A stretch of DNA of 64,000 nucleotides, from assembly GCA_049472395.1 (NCBI GenBank), contig JBLIRR010000001.1, forward strand, positions 197,940 through 261,939, in the 5' to 3' direction. The translations under genes and the position numbers were made by a program. Positions 19,686-29,658 of this stretch are shown one piece after another (the first letter of the stretch is position 1; each line of letters begins with the position of its first letter). A model generated the notes under the pieces. That model searched no databases. It worked only from the letters and a program-made list of their open reading frames with translations, and was not told the origin of the DNA. The DNA comes from a bacterium (GTDB lineage: Bacteria; SZUA-182; DTGQ01; JBLIRR01).

Positions 19686-20605
19686 TGGACGCACACTCTC
19701 TACATAAAGTAAAAGAACGTATCATAGAATTAAAAAAAGAGTGTAATATTGCTATCTTAGCCCATAACTACCAGCTCCCTGATATTCAGGATCTGGCTGA
19801 TTACAGAGGGGACTCACTGGGTCTTAGCAGAATAGCGGCAACCCTCACACACAAAATAATCTGTTTTTGCGGGGTAAGATTTATGGCTGAGAGCGCAGAT
19901 ATATTATGTGAAGATAAACGCGTAATTATTCCTGATCTGGCTGCCGGCTGTCCTTTAGCCGATGATTTTACCATAGAGGAGCTGCGAGAGCTGCGGAAGA
20001 ACAACCCTCGGGCAGCTGTTGTATGTTATGTCAATTCATCGGCTGAGGTAAAGGCTGAAAGTGATATATGTTGTACATCCGCAAATGCAGTTGACATAGT
20101 CAATAGCCTTACCCAGTATGATGAGATTATTTTTATTCCTGATCGCAATCTTGGTTCGTATGTAAGCCTTCATACGGATAAAAAAGTTATTCTTTCTTCA
20201 ATCACCTGTCCGGTGCATAATAATCTGACCAAAGAGGAGCTTCTGAATGAAATGGCGATGCATCCTGAGGCAGAGTTTATTGCGCACCCCGAGTGTAGTC
20301 CCGATGTCCTTGCATATGCTCATTTTATCTCATCCACGAGCGGCATGGCAGGATATATTAAAAAATCAAAGGCTCAAAGCTTTATTATCGGAACAGAGAG
20401 AGGAATGATCTATTCTTTACAAAAGGAATTTCCAGAGCGCTCTTTCTATTTTCCCGGAAAATTATTGTGCAATGATATGAAAGTTATCACTATAGAAAAA
20501 TTAGAAAAATGCCTTAAGACCTTGCAGCCAGTAATCAAAATTTCTGATCATCTCAAGATGGCTGCCAGGCGCGCTCTTTCGGCTATGATGGAGGTACATG
20601 ACTAG
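19685..20605 (+). CDS. nadA: quinolinate synthase
   Basis: Typical NadA three-fold repeat with conserved Cys ligands (ILAHNYQ, PDLAAGCP). Confidence 0.85.
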   Translation: MDAHSLHKVKERIIELKKECNIAILAHNYQLPDIQDLADYRGDSLGLSRIAATLTHKIICFCGVRFMAESADILCEDKRVIIPDLAAGCPLADDFTIEELRELRKNNPRAAVVCYVNSSAEVKAESDICCTSANAVDIVNSLTQYDEIIFIPDRNLGSYVSLHTDKKVILSSITCPVHNNLTKEELLNEMAMHPEAEFIAHPECSPDVLAYAHFISSTSGMAGYIKKSKAQSFIIGTERGMIYSLQKEFPERSFYFPGKLLCNDMKVITIEKLEKCLKTLQPVIKISDHLKMAARRALSAMMEVHD

Positions 20606-23293
20606 ATGAGGGGAGATGAAATAAGAAATAAATTTCTCACCTATTTTCACAATAAAAAGCATACTATTCTGCCAAGCTCTTCCTTACTGCCTGCCAATGA
20701 TCCTACACTCCTTTTTACAAATGCAGGGATGGTACAATTTAAGGATATATTTACAGGTCTGATAAAGCGAGAATATCCAAGAGTCACTACGTGCCAACGA
20801 TGTATTCGCGCGGGTGGGAAACACAATGATCTTGAAAATGTCGGCTATACGGCACGACATCATACATTTTTTGAAATGCTGGGCAACTTTTCCTTTGGAG
20901 ATTATTTTAAGAAGGAGGCTATTGCCTTTGCCTGGGAGTTTCTCACCGAGTGCATGAATCTTCCTAAAAAGGATCTATGGATCACCATCTATAAAGATGA
21001 TGATGAGGCAGCCACCTTATGGGCGGATGTTGCGCGTGTACAAAAAGAGAGAATTGTCCGCTTGGGAGAAAAAGATAACTTCTGGGCAATGGGTGATGTG
21101 GGGCCTTGTGGACCATGCTCCGAGATAATTATAGACCAAGGGCCGACGTTCAGTTGTGGAAAGCCTGACTGCCGTGTTGGCTGCAACTGTGACCGTTATC
21201 TTGAACTGTGGAATTTAGTATTTATGCAGTATGAACGGCATAGTGACGGTAAGATCACCCCTCTGCCACGGCCAAGTATTGACACAGGGATGGGATTGGA
21301 GCGAATTACCGCCACAGTTCAGGGTGTCCCGACAAACTATGATACGGACCTGTTTAGTGATATTATCCATTATCTTGAAAAGATAACGGGGAAATCCTAT
21401 AACAGCCAGAGGGATTTTGATGTGTTCTTTCGCGTTATTAGCGATCATATTCGAGCAATAACCTTTTTGATCTCTGATGGAGTAATGCCGTTAAATGAAG
21501 GGCCCGGATATGTGCTACGGCGCATAATCAGAAGGGCAGCACGATGCGGCAAGCAACTCGGCCTCGACAAACCCTTTCTCCATGAGATCGTCCCGACTAT
21601 GATAAAAAGCATGAAAGATGCCTATCCTGAAATTGCTGATCAATCTGCATATATATCGAGTATTACAAAATTAGAAGAAGAACGCTTTCATACCACATTA
21701 ACACGTGGATTGGATATATTGCACGAAGCTATTGAAAAATCACAAAAGGTCGGGAAAAATATAATTTCCGGCAAGGAAATTTTCCGACTCTATGATACCT
21801 TTGGTTTTCCTGTGGATCTTGCCCAAGATATACTCCGTGATTATGGAATGCATTTTGATGAGGGTGAATTTTCCGCAATAATGAATGAGCAAAAAAGGCG
21901 AGCCAGGGAGCATTGGAAAGGTTCAGGAGAAAAAAGTATTAAAGGAATATATAAAGAGATCCTCTCACACATTAAAAACACATCATTTATAGGATATCCG
22001 GATCAGTTGAGAAAAGAGGGGATTCCCTGCTCACGGGTAATGGCTATTATACAAGGCGAGGAGAAAAAAGACAAAGCCGAGGCAGGGGATACAGTGGAGA
22101 TAATTCTTGATCAAACCCCTTTTTATGGTGAAAAGGGAGGACAAGTGGGAGATAGAGGCACGCTCTCCGCCACAGGAGAAAATCCTTTCTACGGCATTAT
22201 TATGGACACTCAATCACCCTTGCCTGAATTGATTATCCATCATCTTCGGATCGAGAGGGGAAGCCTCCATGTTGGCATGCAGGTTAAAGGACATCTTGAT
22301 CAGACACGGCGTACCAATATCACATCCAATCATACTGCAACCCATCTTCTCCATGCTGCTTTAAGAGAAGTGCTTGGAGAACAAGTAAAGCAGTCCGGAT
22401 CTGTGGTAGCACCTGATAGGCTTCGTTTTGATTTTAGCCATTTCGCGCCCCTAAGCCTCAAGCAAAGAGATGAAGTGGAACGAATTGTCAATGAAAAAAT
22501 TCGGGAAAACCTATGCGTTGATACAAAAATTATGGGCTTTGAAGAAGCACTCTCAACAGGAGCAATGGCACTGTTTGAAGAAAAATATGGGGCAACGGTA
22601 AGACTCATATCTATAGGGGATTTTAGCAAAGAACTCTGCGGGGGAACCCATACTCACTCTACCGGCACCATCGGCATATTTTTAATCACAAGCGAAAGCG
22701 CTATTGCGGCAGGAGTAAGAAGAATCGAGGCATTAACAGGTGAAGGAGCACTACACTATATAAAAAGCTTACGGGAGGAGAGAAAAAAGATAAGTGCCTC
22801 TCTTAAATCATCTGAGGCGGAGATAGTGCAACGAATTGAAAAAATGTGCGGGGAGTTTAAAGAGTATGTCCGACAAAACGAGGAATTACACAGACAGGTT
22901 GCTCATCTTCAATCAACTGATATTATCAATAGACATAGAAAAGAAATTAAGGGAAAAGGGATTAGCTATATTACTTATCATCTAAAAAAATCAAGTATTG
23001 ATTTTAACGGATTCAGACAAATGGCTGATACTTTTCTCGATAAAATGGGAAATAAAAGTATCGTTATTTTGGGTACGGAAATCCAGAATAAAGCCGCTCT
23101 TCTTGTGAAGGTAAGCAGGGATATAAGCACACACATACCTGCTTCAGAAATTATTAAACAACTTGCGAGTATCCTCAAAGGAAAGGGCGGCGGCAGGACA
23201 GACATGGCACAAGCCGGGGGAAACTACCCCGAATTAATAGACAAGGCACTTGATGCAAGCCATAAAATATTAACTCAATTATTCATTACCTAA
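20606..23293 (+). CDS. alaS: alanine--tRNA ligase
   Basis: Class II aaRS motifs (FTNAGM, RCIRAGGKHNDLENVG), the editing-domain HxxxH...CGGTH motif and a C-terminal DHHA1 region. 895 aa. Confidence 0.9.
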   Translation: MRGDEIRNKFLTYFHNKKHTILPSSSLLPANDPTLLFTNAGMVQFKDIFTGLIKREYPRVTTCQRCIRAGGKHNDLENVGYTARHHTFFEMLGNFSFGDYFKKEAIAFAWEFLTECMNLPKKDLWITIYKDDDEAATLWADVARVQKERIVRLGEKDNFWAMGDVGPCGPCSEIIIDQGPTFSCGKPDCRVGCNCDRYLELWNLVFMQYERHSDGKITPLPRPSIDTGMGLERITATVQGVPTNYDTDLFSDIIHYLEKITGKSYNSQRDFDVFFRVISDHIRAITFLISDGVMPLNEGPGYVLRRIIRRAARCGKQLGLDKPFLHEIVPTMIKSMKDAYPEIADQSAYISSITKLEEERFHTTLTRGLDILHEAIEKSQKVGKNIISGKEIFRLYDTFGFPVDLAQDILRDYGMHFDEGEFSAIMNEQKRRAREHWKGSGEKSIKGIYKEILSHIKNTSFIGYPDQLRKEGIPCSRVMAIIQGEEKKDKAEAGDTVEIILDQTPFYGEKGGQVGDRGTLSATGENPFYGIIMDTQSPLPELIIHHLRIERGSLHVGMQVKGHLDQTRRTNITSNHTATHLLHAALREVLGEQVKQSGSVVAPDRLRFDFSHFAPLSLKQRDEVERIVNEKIRENLCVDTKIMGFEEALSTGAMALFEEKYGATVRLISIGDFSKELCGGTHTHSTGTIGIFLITSESAIAAGVRRIEALTGEGALHYIKSLREERKKISASLKSSEAEIVQRIEKMCGEFKEYVRQNEELHRQVAHLQSTDIINRHRKEIKGKGISYITYHLKKSSIDFNGFRQMADTFLDKMGNKSIVILGTEIQNKAALLVKVSRDISTHIPASEIIKQLASILKGKGGGRTDMAQAGGNYPELIDKALDASHKILTQLFIT

Positions 23294-23297
23294 GTAA

Positions 23298-24842
23298 ATG
23301 TCAATAATACGTAAAAATAATTTGTGCGTGTGTATCGTTTTTTTTACTCTGATGAGTGTGATTCTCTTTACCCCTTATAATATCACTCACGTACGTGCCT
23401 CAGAAGACCAGGAGCTCATTCAACTATTTTTTTTCTACTCAAGTGAATGTGAAGAATGCGACTATATAGAAGAAAATATTCTGGATGGATTGGAGAGTCA
23501 GTATCCCATTACCATAAAAGCGTATGATATTGTTGATCACTATGAATATCTTCTTAAAATGGAGAAGCTTTACGGGCACAGCGAAACTGAAATTCCTGCA
23601 ATATTTATCGGGAATAACGTCCTAAGCGGAAAACAGGAGATTATTGAAAACCTGTATACTCTTATCGAAGACATTGTGAGGTCCGGCTCACTGACAAACT
23701 TCCCGACTCCGCCATTTGATGAACCAAATAATAAAGATGCGGCCATCTCAGGCACCATCAATATTTATATGGCCTTTTTTACAAAACAGGGGTGTCAGAA
23801 ATGTTCCCGCGCCTATTATGATTTACAGTATCTCCAAAATAAATATCCAACCCTGGTAGTAAAAAAATTTAATATTGATACTACGAGCCAAGAAAACAAG
23901 CTTCTCAATGAAGCCATGGGAGAACTTTATTCTCTTCCTGAAAACAAAAGATTAGTCGCACCATCTGTGTTTATAGGCGATGATTATCTTGTGGGCAGTG
24001 ACGTAACGCTCAAAAACATGGAAACCCTTATCCATGCCTACGCTCAAAAATCCTCTCTTCCCCCATGGGAAAAGATAAAAGGGATGGAATCTGAGGCAAA
24101 AAAAAATATTATCACCCGGTTTAAAGGGCTCAATCTTCCCACTATTATTTTTGCAGGGCTCCTTGATGGGATTAATCCCTGTGCATTCGTGACGATCATC
24201 TTTTTTATCTCCTATCTGCAATATATCGGAAGACGGGGGGTTGAAATACTCCTTGTGGGAAGTGCATTTTCTCTTGCCGTATTTGTTACCTATTTATTAG
24301 TCGGTGTAGGGGTCTTATCCTTTGTCCGCTCGTTAAAATTTCTGCCGCTCCTATCTCGCATTATTTATATGCTTACCGCCATATTTGTCATTATTTTAGG
24401 GATCCTTAGTCTGAAGGACTATTTTATTTGCAGGCGCGGAGATATTGAAGATATGAAGCTTCAACTCCCTGATTTTTTAAAAAAAATGATACACAAAACA
24501 ATTCGTAAAAAAACGCGGATAAGAAGATATGTCATTGGTGCGTTGAGTGCAGGCTTTATTGTCTCTTTTTTAGAACTTGCCTGTACCGGCCAAGTGTATC
24601 TTCCTACCATTATCTTTGCATCACGCGTAGCGCATTTGCGCCTTCAAGGGCTCGCTTATCTTTTCCTTTATAACCTTATGTTTATACTTCCTCTAATTAT
24701 TGTCTTTATCACTGCATATATTGGTACTTCATCAGAGCAGCTTACTGAAATTCTGCAGCGTCATGTTGCGTCTGTAAAATTGGCAACCTCTCTTCTCTTT
24801 TTCTCTCTCGGCATCATTTTAATTCTTACCTTATTTCTTTGA
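23298..24842 (+). CDS. membrane protein with two N-terminal thioredoxin-like CxxC domains fused to a CcdA/DsbD-like transmembrane domain (thiol-disulfide transfer candidate)
   Basis: Signal/TM at the N-terminus. CEEC and CQKC motifs sit in Trx-like contexts. The C-terminal polytopic domain has Cys in TM helices (GINPCAF, LACTGQ) resembling CcdA. Confidence 0.4.
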   Translation: MSIIRKNNLCVCIVFFTLMSVILFTPYNITHVRASEDQELIQLFFFYSSECEECDYIEENILDGLESQYPITIKAYDIVDHYEYLLKMEKLYGHSETEIPAIFIGNNVLSGKQEIIENLYTLIEDIVRSGSLTNFPTPPFDEPNNKDAAISGTINIYMAFFTKQGCQKCSRAYYDLQYLQNKYPTLVVKKFNIDTTSQENKLLNEAMGELYSLPENKRLVAPSVFIGDDYLVGSDVTLKNMETLIHAYAQKSSLPPWEKIKGMESEAKKNIITRFKGLNLPTIIFAGLLDGINPCAFVTIIFFISYLQYIGRRGVEILLVGSAFSLAVFVTYLLVGVGVLSFVRSLKFLPLLSRIIYMLTAIFVIILGILSLKDYFICRRGDIEDMKLQLPDFLKKMIHKTIRKKTRIRRYVIGALSAGFIVSFLELACTGQVYLPTIIFASRVAHLRLQGLAYLFLYNLMFILPLIIVFITAYIGTSSEQLTEILQRHVASVKLATSLLFFSLGIILILTLFL

Positions 24843-24847
24843 TTTTT

Positions 24848-25246
24848 TTACGCAACTAATAAGCCTAATTTCTCGATTTCTCCAATAACTTTATCCTTGC
24901 TTATTGGCTTGGTTATATAGGCTTCACACCCTGATTGAAATGCCTGTTCCATATTCTTCTTGTCTTTTAGCACGGTGATCATAATAATCTTTACCAAAAG
25001 ATCCTCTTTTATACCTCTTTTTTTCTCGATTCTACGAATTTTCTGGAGTGCTCTTTGGCCATCTAGATTCGGCATCATTATATCAAGACAAATAAGATCA
25101 TAGGGATTGTCCCTCTCAAGGGACTTCTCAAACTCCAAGACTGCCTCTTGTCCATCAGAAGCGATGTAACATTCTCCATAAGGCTTTAGAATACTGCGAA
25201 GCAGTTTTTGACATAATAAATCATCATCCACTATTAATATATTCAT
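24848..25246 (-). CDS. single-domain response regulator (CheY-like receiver)
   Basis: ILIVDDD, LICLDIMMPNLDG and the KP motif of REC domains. No output domain. The ATG at 25244-25246 follows a GTG. Confidence 0.75.
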   Translation of the reverse strand: MNILIVDDDLLCQKLLRSILKPYGECYIASDGQEAVLEFEKSLERDNPYDLICLDIMMPNLDGQRALQKIRRIEKKRGIKEDLLVKIIMITVLKDKKNMEQAFQSGCEAYITKPISKDKVIGEIEKLGLLVA

Positions 25247-25280
25247 CACTTCCCTTTCTTCTTTTACTCTTATTTTAATC

Positions 25281-25688
25281 TTATTGGATGCCGGTAGCTA
25301 TAAGCCTTAATTTTTCAAGCTCTGTGAGTATCTTCTCTCTCGTTATCGGTTTAATGATATAGGTTTCACATCCGGCCTTAAATGCGCCGAGAATATTCTT
25401 TCCATCCTTAAGAGCCGTCACCATGATAATCTTAACTCCATCAAGCCCTCCTATACCTCTTTCAGACTCGATTTGCCTTATTCTCTTTAATGTTTCCTGC
25501 CCATCGAGATTTGGCATCATAATATCGAGACAGATAAGATTATAGGGACTTTCTTCATTAAGTGCTATTTCAAACGCAGAAAGGGCTTCCTCACCATTTA
25601 CTGCAATGTCACATTCTCCATAAGGGGACAAGATTTTCTGCAGAAGTTTTCTGCATAAAAAATCATCGTCAACCACTAATGTATTCAT
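25281..25688 (-). CDS. single-domain response regulator (CheY-like receiver), paralog of the upstream one
   Basis: Same REC motifs. The likely start is MNTLVVDDD at 25688 with a strong Shine-Dalgarno AAGGAGGGAG; the track ORF extends to a TTG at 25715. Confidence 0.75.
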   Translation of the reverse strand: MNTLVVDDDFLCRKLLQKILSPYGECDIAVNGEEALSAFEIALNEESPYNLICLDIMMPNLDGQETLKRIRQIESERGIGGLDGVKIIMVTALKDGKNILGAFKAGCETYIIKPITREKILTELEKLRLIATGIQ

Positions 25689-25840
25689 TAATATCTCCCT
25701 CCTTTCCCATGGCAATAGGTATATCTGTTGTTCACTTTATTTCGTCGTATATACTAAAATAAATATTACCTCGTATATCGGAATATAATTATAATTGCTT
25801 CAAATAACTCTATTCTTAAATTTTAGAATTGCCGGTATCC

Positions 25841-25870
25841 TTGACAAGAGACCAGTATATATGCTATTAT
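25841..25870 (+). promoter_or_regulatory. sigma-70-like promoter candidate for the FeS/HydS operon (TTGACA-18-TATTAT)
   Basis: TTGACA at 25841-25846 and TATTAT at 25865-25870, about 100 nt upstream of the 25971 start. Confidence 0.35.
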
Positions 25871-25970
25871 CAACTTTATTTATAAATTGGGTTATTATAA
25901 TCAAAAAATTAGGAACTACTATACTTTAAAGAAAAGAGCACTACCATTATTTGAGGTGAAGGAATTGATT

Positions 25971-26495
25971 ATGAAAAAAGCACTATATATTGATGTGAGC
26001 AAATGTCTGGGCTGCAGAAGCTGTGTTTTTGCGTGTGCGGTTGAGCATTCAAGCTCTAAAAACAGAATTGGAGCTTTATCAGAAATCCCTAGACCGCGAT
26101 CAAGAGTTCATATAGCTTTTGTGGAAAAAATGGCTATACCCTTGCAATGTCGCCATTGCGAAGATGCACCTTGTGTTGCTATTTGTCCGACAAGGGCAAT
26201 AAAAAAACTTGGCCCTCAAGAACCGGTTATTATTGATAACAAAATGTGTATTGGCTGTAAATTTTGCATAGTATCATGTCCTTTTGGCGTCATTTCCCTT
26301 ACTGACGACGGCAAAGCTGCCATTAAATGTGATAGGTGCATAAGCCGTCAAAAGGAGGGGAGGCTCCCTGCGTGTGTTGAAGCATGTCCTACTCATGCCA
26401 TTAAGTTTTTGAGCATTGATGAAATAAATGCGGAAAAACGCAGGCAGGCGGCACAGAAAGAAGTGGCGGCCATTACGTGTGTAGAGGTTTCTTAG
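25971..26495 (+). CDS. 4x[4Fe-4S] cluster protein (HycB/HybA/FdhB-like electron-transfer subunit)
   Basis: Four Cys motifs (CLGCRSCVFAC, CRHCEDAPCVAICP, CIGCKFCIVSCP, CDRC...CVEACP). The start at 25971 follows GAGGTGAAGG; the track ORF begins upstream at 25887. Confidence 0.7.
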   Translation: MKKALYIDVSKCLGCRSCVFACAVEHSSSKNRIGALSEIPRPRSRVHIAFVEKMAIPLQCRHCEDAPCVAICPTRAIKKLGPQEPVIIDNKMCIGCKFCIVSCPFGVISLTDDGKAAIKCDRCISRQKEGRLPACVEACPTHAIKFLSIDEINAEKRRQAAQKEVAAITCVEVS

Positions 26496-26583
26496 ATCAA
26501 TTATTTGAAAGTCATGAATTACGACCCTCGGCCACAAAATTAAGGCTAGGGAGTAGTAATGCCTTCAGAGCGAGGAAACCACC

Positions 26584-26844
26584 ATGATTGAAGTTACAGT
26601 GTGCGTTGGCAGTTCATGCCATGTAAAAGGTTCTCGTGATTTGATTAAGTTGTTTAATAATCTTATTAGCGAATATAAACTTGAAGAGAAAGTGGCACTG
26701 AGGGGGTCCTTCTGTCTTGAACATTGCGCAGAGGGTTTTAATTGGAAAATCGGTGAAGAAATCATAAGCTGCAAGAATATCAAGGAGGCGGAAAAAATCT
26801 TTCGGGAAAAAATCATAGAACCTCTCATGGGAAAAGAAGAATGA
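26584..26844 (+). CDS. thioredoxin-like [2Fe-2S] ferredoxin (small hydrogenase-associated type)
   Basis: 86 aa with CxxxxSxC...C...C spacing (CVGSSCHVKG...CLEHC) as in NuoE/HndA-type 2Fe-2S folds. Confidence 0.55.
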   Translation: MIEVTVCVGSSCHVKGSRDLIKLFNNLISEYKLEEKVALRGSFCLEHCAEGFNWKIGEEIISCKNIKEAEKIFREKIIEPLMGKEE

Positions 26845-28511
26845 CCTTGCTCACTATCTCCCATCCTGACTGCAAAGATAAAGATTATTATAAGTGTTTA
26901 CGTTCGTGCCCTCTAAAAGCCATAAAAATTAGCAAGGGCACAATGGAAATAGTGGAAGAGCGTTGTATTGCTGAAGGACTCTGTATTAATATCTGCCCTC
27001 AAGGCGCCATCCATGCCATTGGTGAACTGCATAAGGTAAAAAAATATCTGGATTCCGGTATCCGAGTTATCGCTAGTTTGTCACCGACCACTTTACTCAC
27101 TTTTAGTGATGCTCAAAGGTTCGAGGATGCCCTTAAAACCCTCGGTTTTTCGGAAGTAGTATATATGCAGGATGCCGCGGCTTCACTGGTTTTGGAATAT
27201 GGTCAATTATTATCCAAGGTAAGAAAGCCCCTCATTTCCTCCCATTGTCCGGCTATTTGTGAGCTTGTGGAAAGATTTGTCCCAAATGCCTTGAATTATC
27301 TTGCGCCCATTATTGACCCTGCAGTTGCTCATGCTCGTATTATCAAAGCACAACAAGGAGAGGACAGCCGCGTTGTTTACATAGGGCCCTGTCTTTCTCA
27401 GAGAACCAGAGAAGGAGATGCCCTGGATGCCGTATTAACATTGAATGAAATGGATAACTGGTTTAAGGAAACTGATATTCAGATCCCCATTATGACCTCT
27501 CAGGATATACTACCAGCAGAGTCCTTTGCAGGACTTCTTTCTGTTTCCGGAGGTCTGTTGTCACTCTTGGAGCTTAAAGAGGCAGCAGCTGGAGGAAACA
27601 GTATTTGTATTTCAGGAATGGAAGAGTGTTTGAAATTTCTGAAAAATTTGCCTCCTCCTGAAATGGGCTTTGAATTTGCAGAGCTTATGGCGTGCCATGG
27701 CGGGTGTATCGGCGGCCCTTTTCTTCGAACGAAATTTGATATAGTGAGTAGGAAATTTTTATTATCTCGTAATAAGCCTTCTCGTATCCCCGCACCAGTA
27801 TCACAGGTGAACCTTACGAGAAAACCTCAAGCCAGGCCCTTTGTAGCCCCAAAGACTAATCCGGAAGAAATAGATTATGTTCTGCGCCACTATACGAGCC
27901 ACCTTGATTGCGGAATGTGTGGTTATGAAACGTGCTTTCAGAAGGCAAAAGCAGTATGCGAAGGAATGGCTGACGTTGAGATATGTATGCCAATGATTCG
28001 AACGCAAGGACAAGAGACGCTCTCAATTTTGGAGTATACACCTAACGGAGTCATCCTCATTGACACGGATACTCGGATACGCTTTGCCAATCCATCATTT
28101 TTAAAAATGTTTAAATGTGAACGAAAAGATATACTCGGTGAGCCAATAGCCAACTTCATCCACTCCCATTGTTTTGAAGAGGCTATAAACAATAATATAA
28201 GCTCTCTTTTTAAAAGAACAATTCCTAAACTGGGCATTAGCTACCGCGCGTGTATTTTCCCAATAAAAGGAGCCTCTCTTTACTGCGGGATCATAAACGA
28301 TATATCGGAAGAAGAAAATGCGAGGCGAGAATTCGACAAAGTCAAGGATGAGACCTTAAACAGGGCTCAAGAGGTTATTGGACGTCAAATGAAAACAGCA
28401 CAGGAGATTGCCGGGCTACTAGGGGAGACAACTGCTGAAACGAAAGTTTTACTTGTAAAACTAATGAACCTCTTTAATGAGGAGGAATCTCCAGGTGAAG
28501 CTCTTTTATGA
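26841..28511 (+). CDS. [FeFe]-hydrogenase-like sensory protein with PAS domain (HydS/HfsB-like, group C)
   Basis: N-terminal ferredoxin-like Cys motifs. H-cluster-like motifs SSHCPAICE (L1), IGPCLSQRTRE (L2) and ELMACHGGCIGGPF (L3). An extra CGMCGYETC...C cluster and a C-terminal PAS-like region follow. The start overlaps the previous stop (ATGA). Confidence 0.7.
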   Translation: MTLLTISHPDCKDKDYYKCLRSCPLKAIKISKGTMEIVEERCIAEGLCINICPQGAIHAIGELHKVKKYLDSGIRVIASLSPTTLLTFSDAQRFEDALKTLGFSEVVYMQDAAASLVLEYGQLLSKVRKPLISSHCPAICELVERFVPNALNYLAPIIDPAVAHARIIKAQQGEDSRVVYIGPCLSQRTREGDALDAVLTLNEMDNWFKETDIQIPIMTSQDILPAESFAGLLSVSGGLLSLLELKEAAAGGNSICISGMEECLKFLKNLPPPEMGFEFAELMACHGGCIGGPFLRTKFDIVSRKFLLSRNKPSRIPAPVSQVNLTRKPQARPFVAPKTNPEEIDYVLRHYTSHLDCGMCGYETCFQKAKAVCEGMADVEICMPMIRTQGQETLSILEYTPNGVILIDTDTRIRFANPSFLKMFKCERKDILGEPIANFIHSHCFEEAINNNISSLFKRTIPKLGISYRACIFPIKGASLYCGIINDISEEENARREFDKVKDETLNRAQEVIGRQMKTAQEIAGLLGETTAETKVLLVKLMNLFNEEESPGEALL

Positions 28512-29640
28512 GTGCGCCCATGGCCAAATACCTAAGTTACATGAAGAATTGTGTGGCGACAGTATAGCATTTTCTTTTCAGCCCGATAAAGTGATTATGG
28601 TTCTTTCCGATGGTCTAGGAAGCGGCGTTAAGGCTAATATTCTCGCAACACTGACGACGCGCATGCTTACCCATATGTTAGATAATGAATTGCCTTTAAA
28701 CGAGGTTGTAAAAACAGTGACTGAAACCCTGCCTGTGTGCAAAATACGTGGGCTTGCATATAGCACCTTTTCAGTTGCCCAGCTTTTCTCCAACGGAGAA
28801 GGCCGGTTAGTAGAGTTTGATAATCCATCAGTTTTTTATTTTAAAAACAAAAATCTTGAAAAATTGAGTTGGAAATCCACTACCATATCAGAAAAAAATA
28901 TTAAGGCATGCTCCCTAAAATTACAAGCCGGTGATTGGCTCATTTTCGTGTCTGATGGAGTAATAAGTGCGGGCATAGGCGGTCTTTATTCCTTAGGATG
29001 GGGGTGGGAGAAGGTTGCCCAATACCTGCATAATCATCTCGTCGATACGACATCAGCTCAGAAAATTGTAGATACTGTATTAGAAGCGGTAAGCAACCTC
29101 TATGTAGGTCCTCCTGGGGATGATGTCACCGTGGCCGTGGTTAAGGTGCGCTCTAAACGATACTTGACAATATTATTCGGCCCTCCGCTTAATTCTAAAG
29201 CTGATCCCATTGTGGTAGAAGAGCTGATGAAATCCCCCGGCTGCCGGGTAGTCTGTGGAGGCACTACCGCAAATATTGTATCCCGATTTTTAGGTAAGCC
29301 GCTGCACGTGGACCTTCAGACAATCACAGATGAAGTGCCGCCTCTGGGGCATATGGAAGGCCTCGATCTTGTGACCGAGGGCGTTTTGACCATGACTCAT
29401 CTTGTCTCAATGCTCAAAAATGGGGTCTCTGCAGATTCAAAGGAATTTTCAATAGATAGCTCAAGTACCTTGCTGAGGATGTTGACAGAGGCGGACAGCA
29501 TCAGATTGCTTGTGGGACAAGCAAAAAATCCAGCGCATCAAGATCCGAAACTCCCGGTAGAAATTAAAACAGAGCTTGCCAGGGAACTTCAGGATGCTTT
29601 AAAAAAAATGAATAAGGAATGTTCCATAGATTTCTTTTAA
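28477..29640 (+). CDS. PP2C/SpoIIE-family serine/threonine phosphatase
   Basis: CGDSIAF...VLSDGLGSGVKA and downstream DG...D motifs of PPM phosphatases. A GTG at 28495 preceded by GAGGAGG may be the true start. It overlaps the HydS-like stop. Confidence 0.7.
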   Translation: MRRNLQVKLFYECAHGQIPKLHEELCGDSIAFSFQPDKVIMVLSDGLGSGVKANILATLTTRMLTHMLDNELPLNEVVKTVTETLPVCKIRGLAYSTFSVAQLFSNGEGRLVEFDNPSVFYFKNKNLEKLSWKSTTISEKNIKACSLKLQAGDWLIFVSDGVISAGIGGLYSLGWGWEKVAQYLHNHLVDTTSAQKIVDTVLEAVSNLYVGPPGDDVTVAVVKVRSKRYLTILFGPPLNSKADPIVVEELMKSPGCRVVCGGTTANIVSRFLGKPLHVDLQTITDEVPPLGHMEGLDLVTEGVLTMTHLVSMLKNGVSADSKEFSIDSSSTLLRMLTEADSIRLLVGQAKNPAHQDPKLPVEIKTELARELQDALKKMNKECSIDFF

Positions 29641-29658
29641 TAGTAGAAGGGGAAATGA

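Noticed and set aside
19685-23293. nadA and alaS lie in the same reading frame, separated only by a TAG immediately followed by ATG. I considered a read-through or fusion.
   Set aside because: NadA ends at a normal C-terminus and AlaS begins with its canonical N-terminal region. TAG followed by ATG is an ordinary tight gene junction and the shared frame is coincidental.
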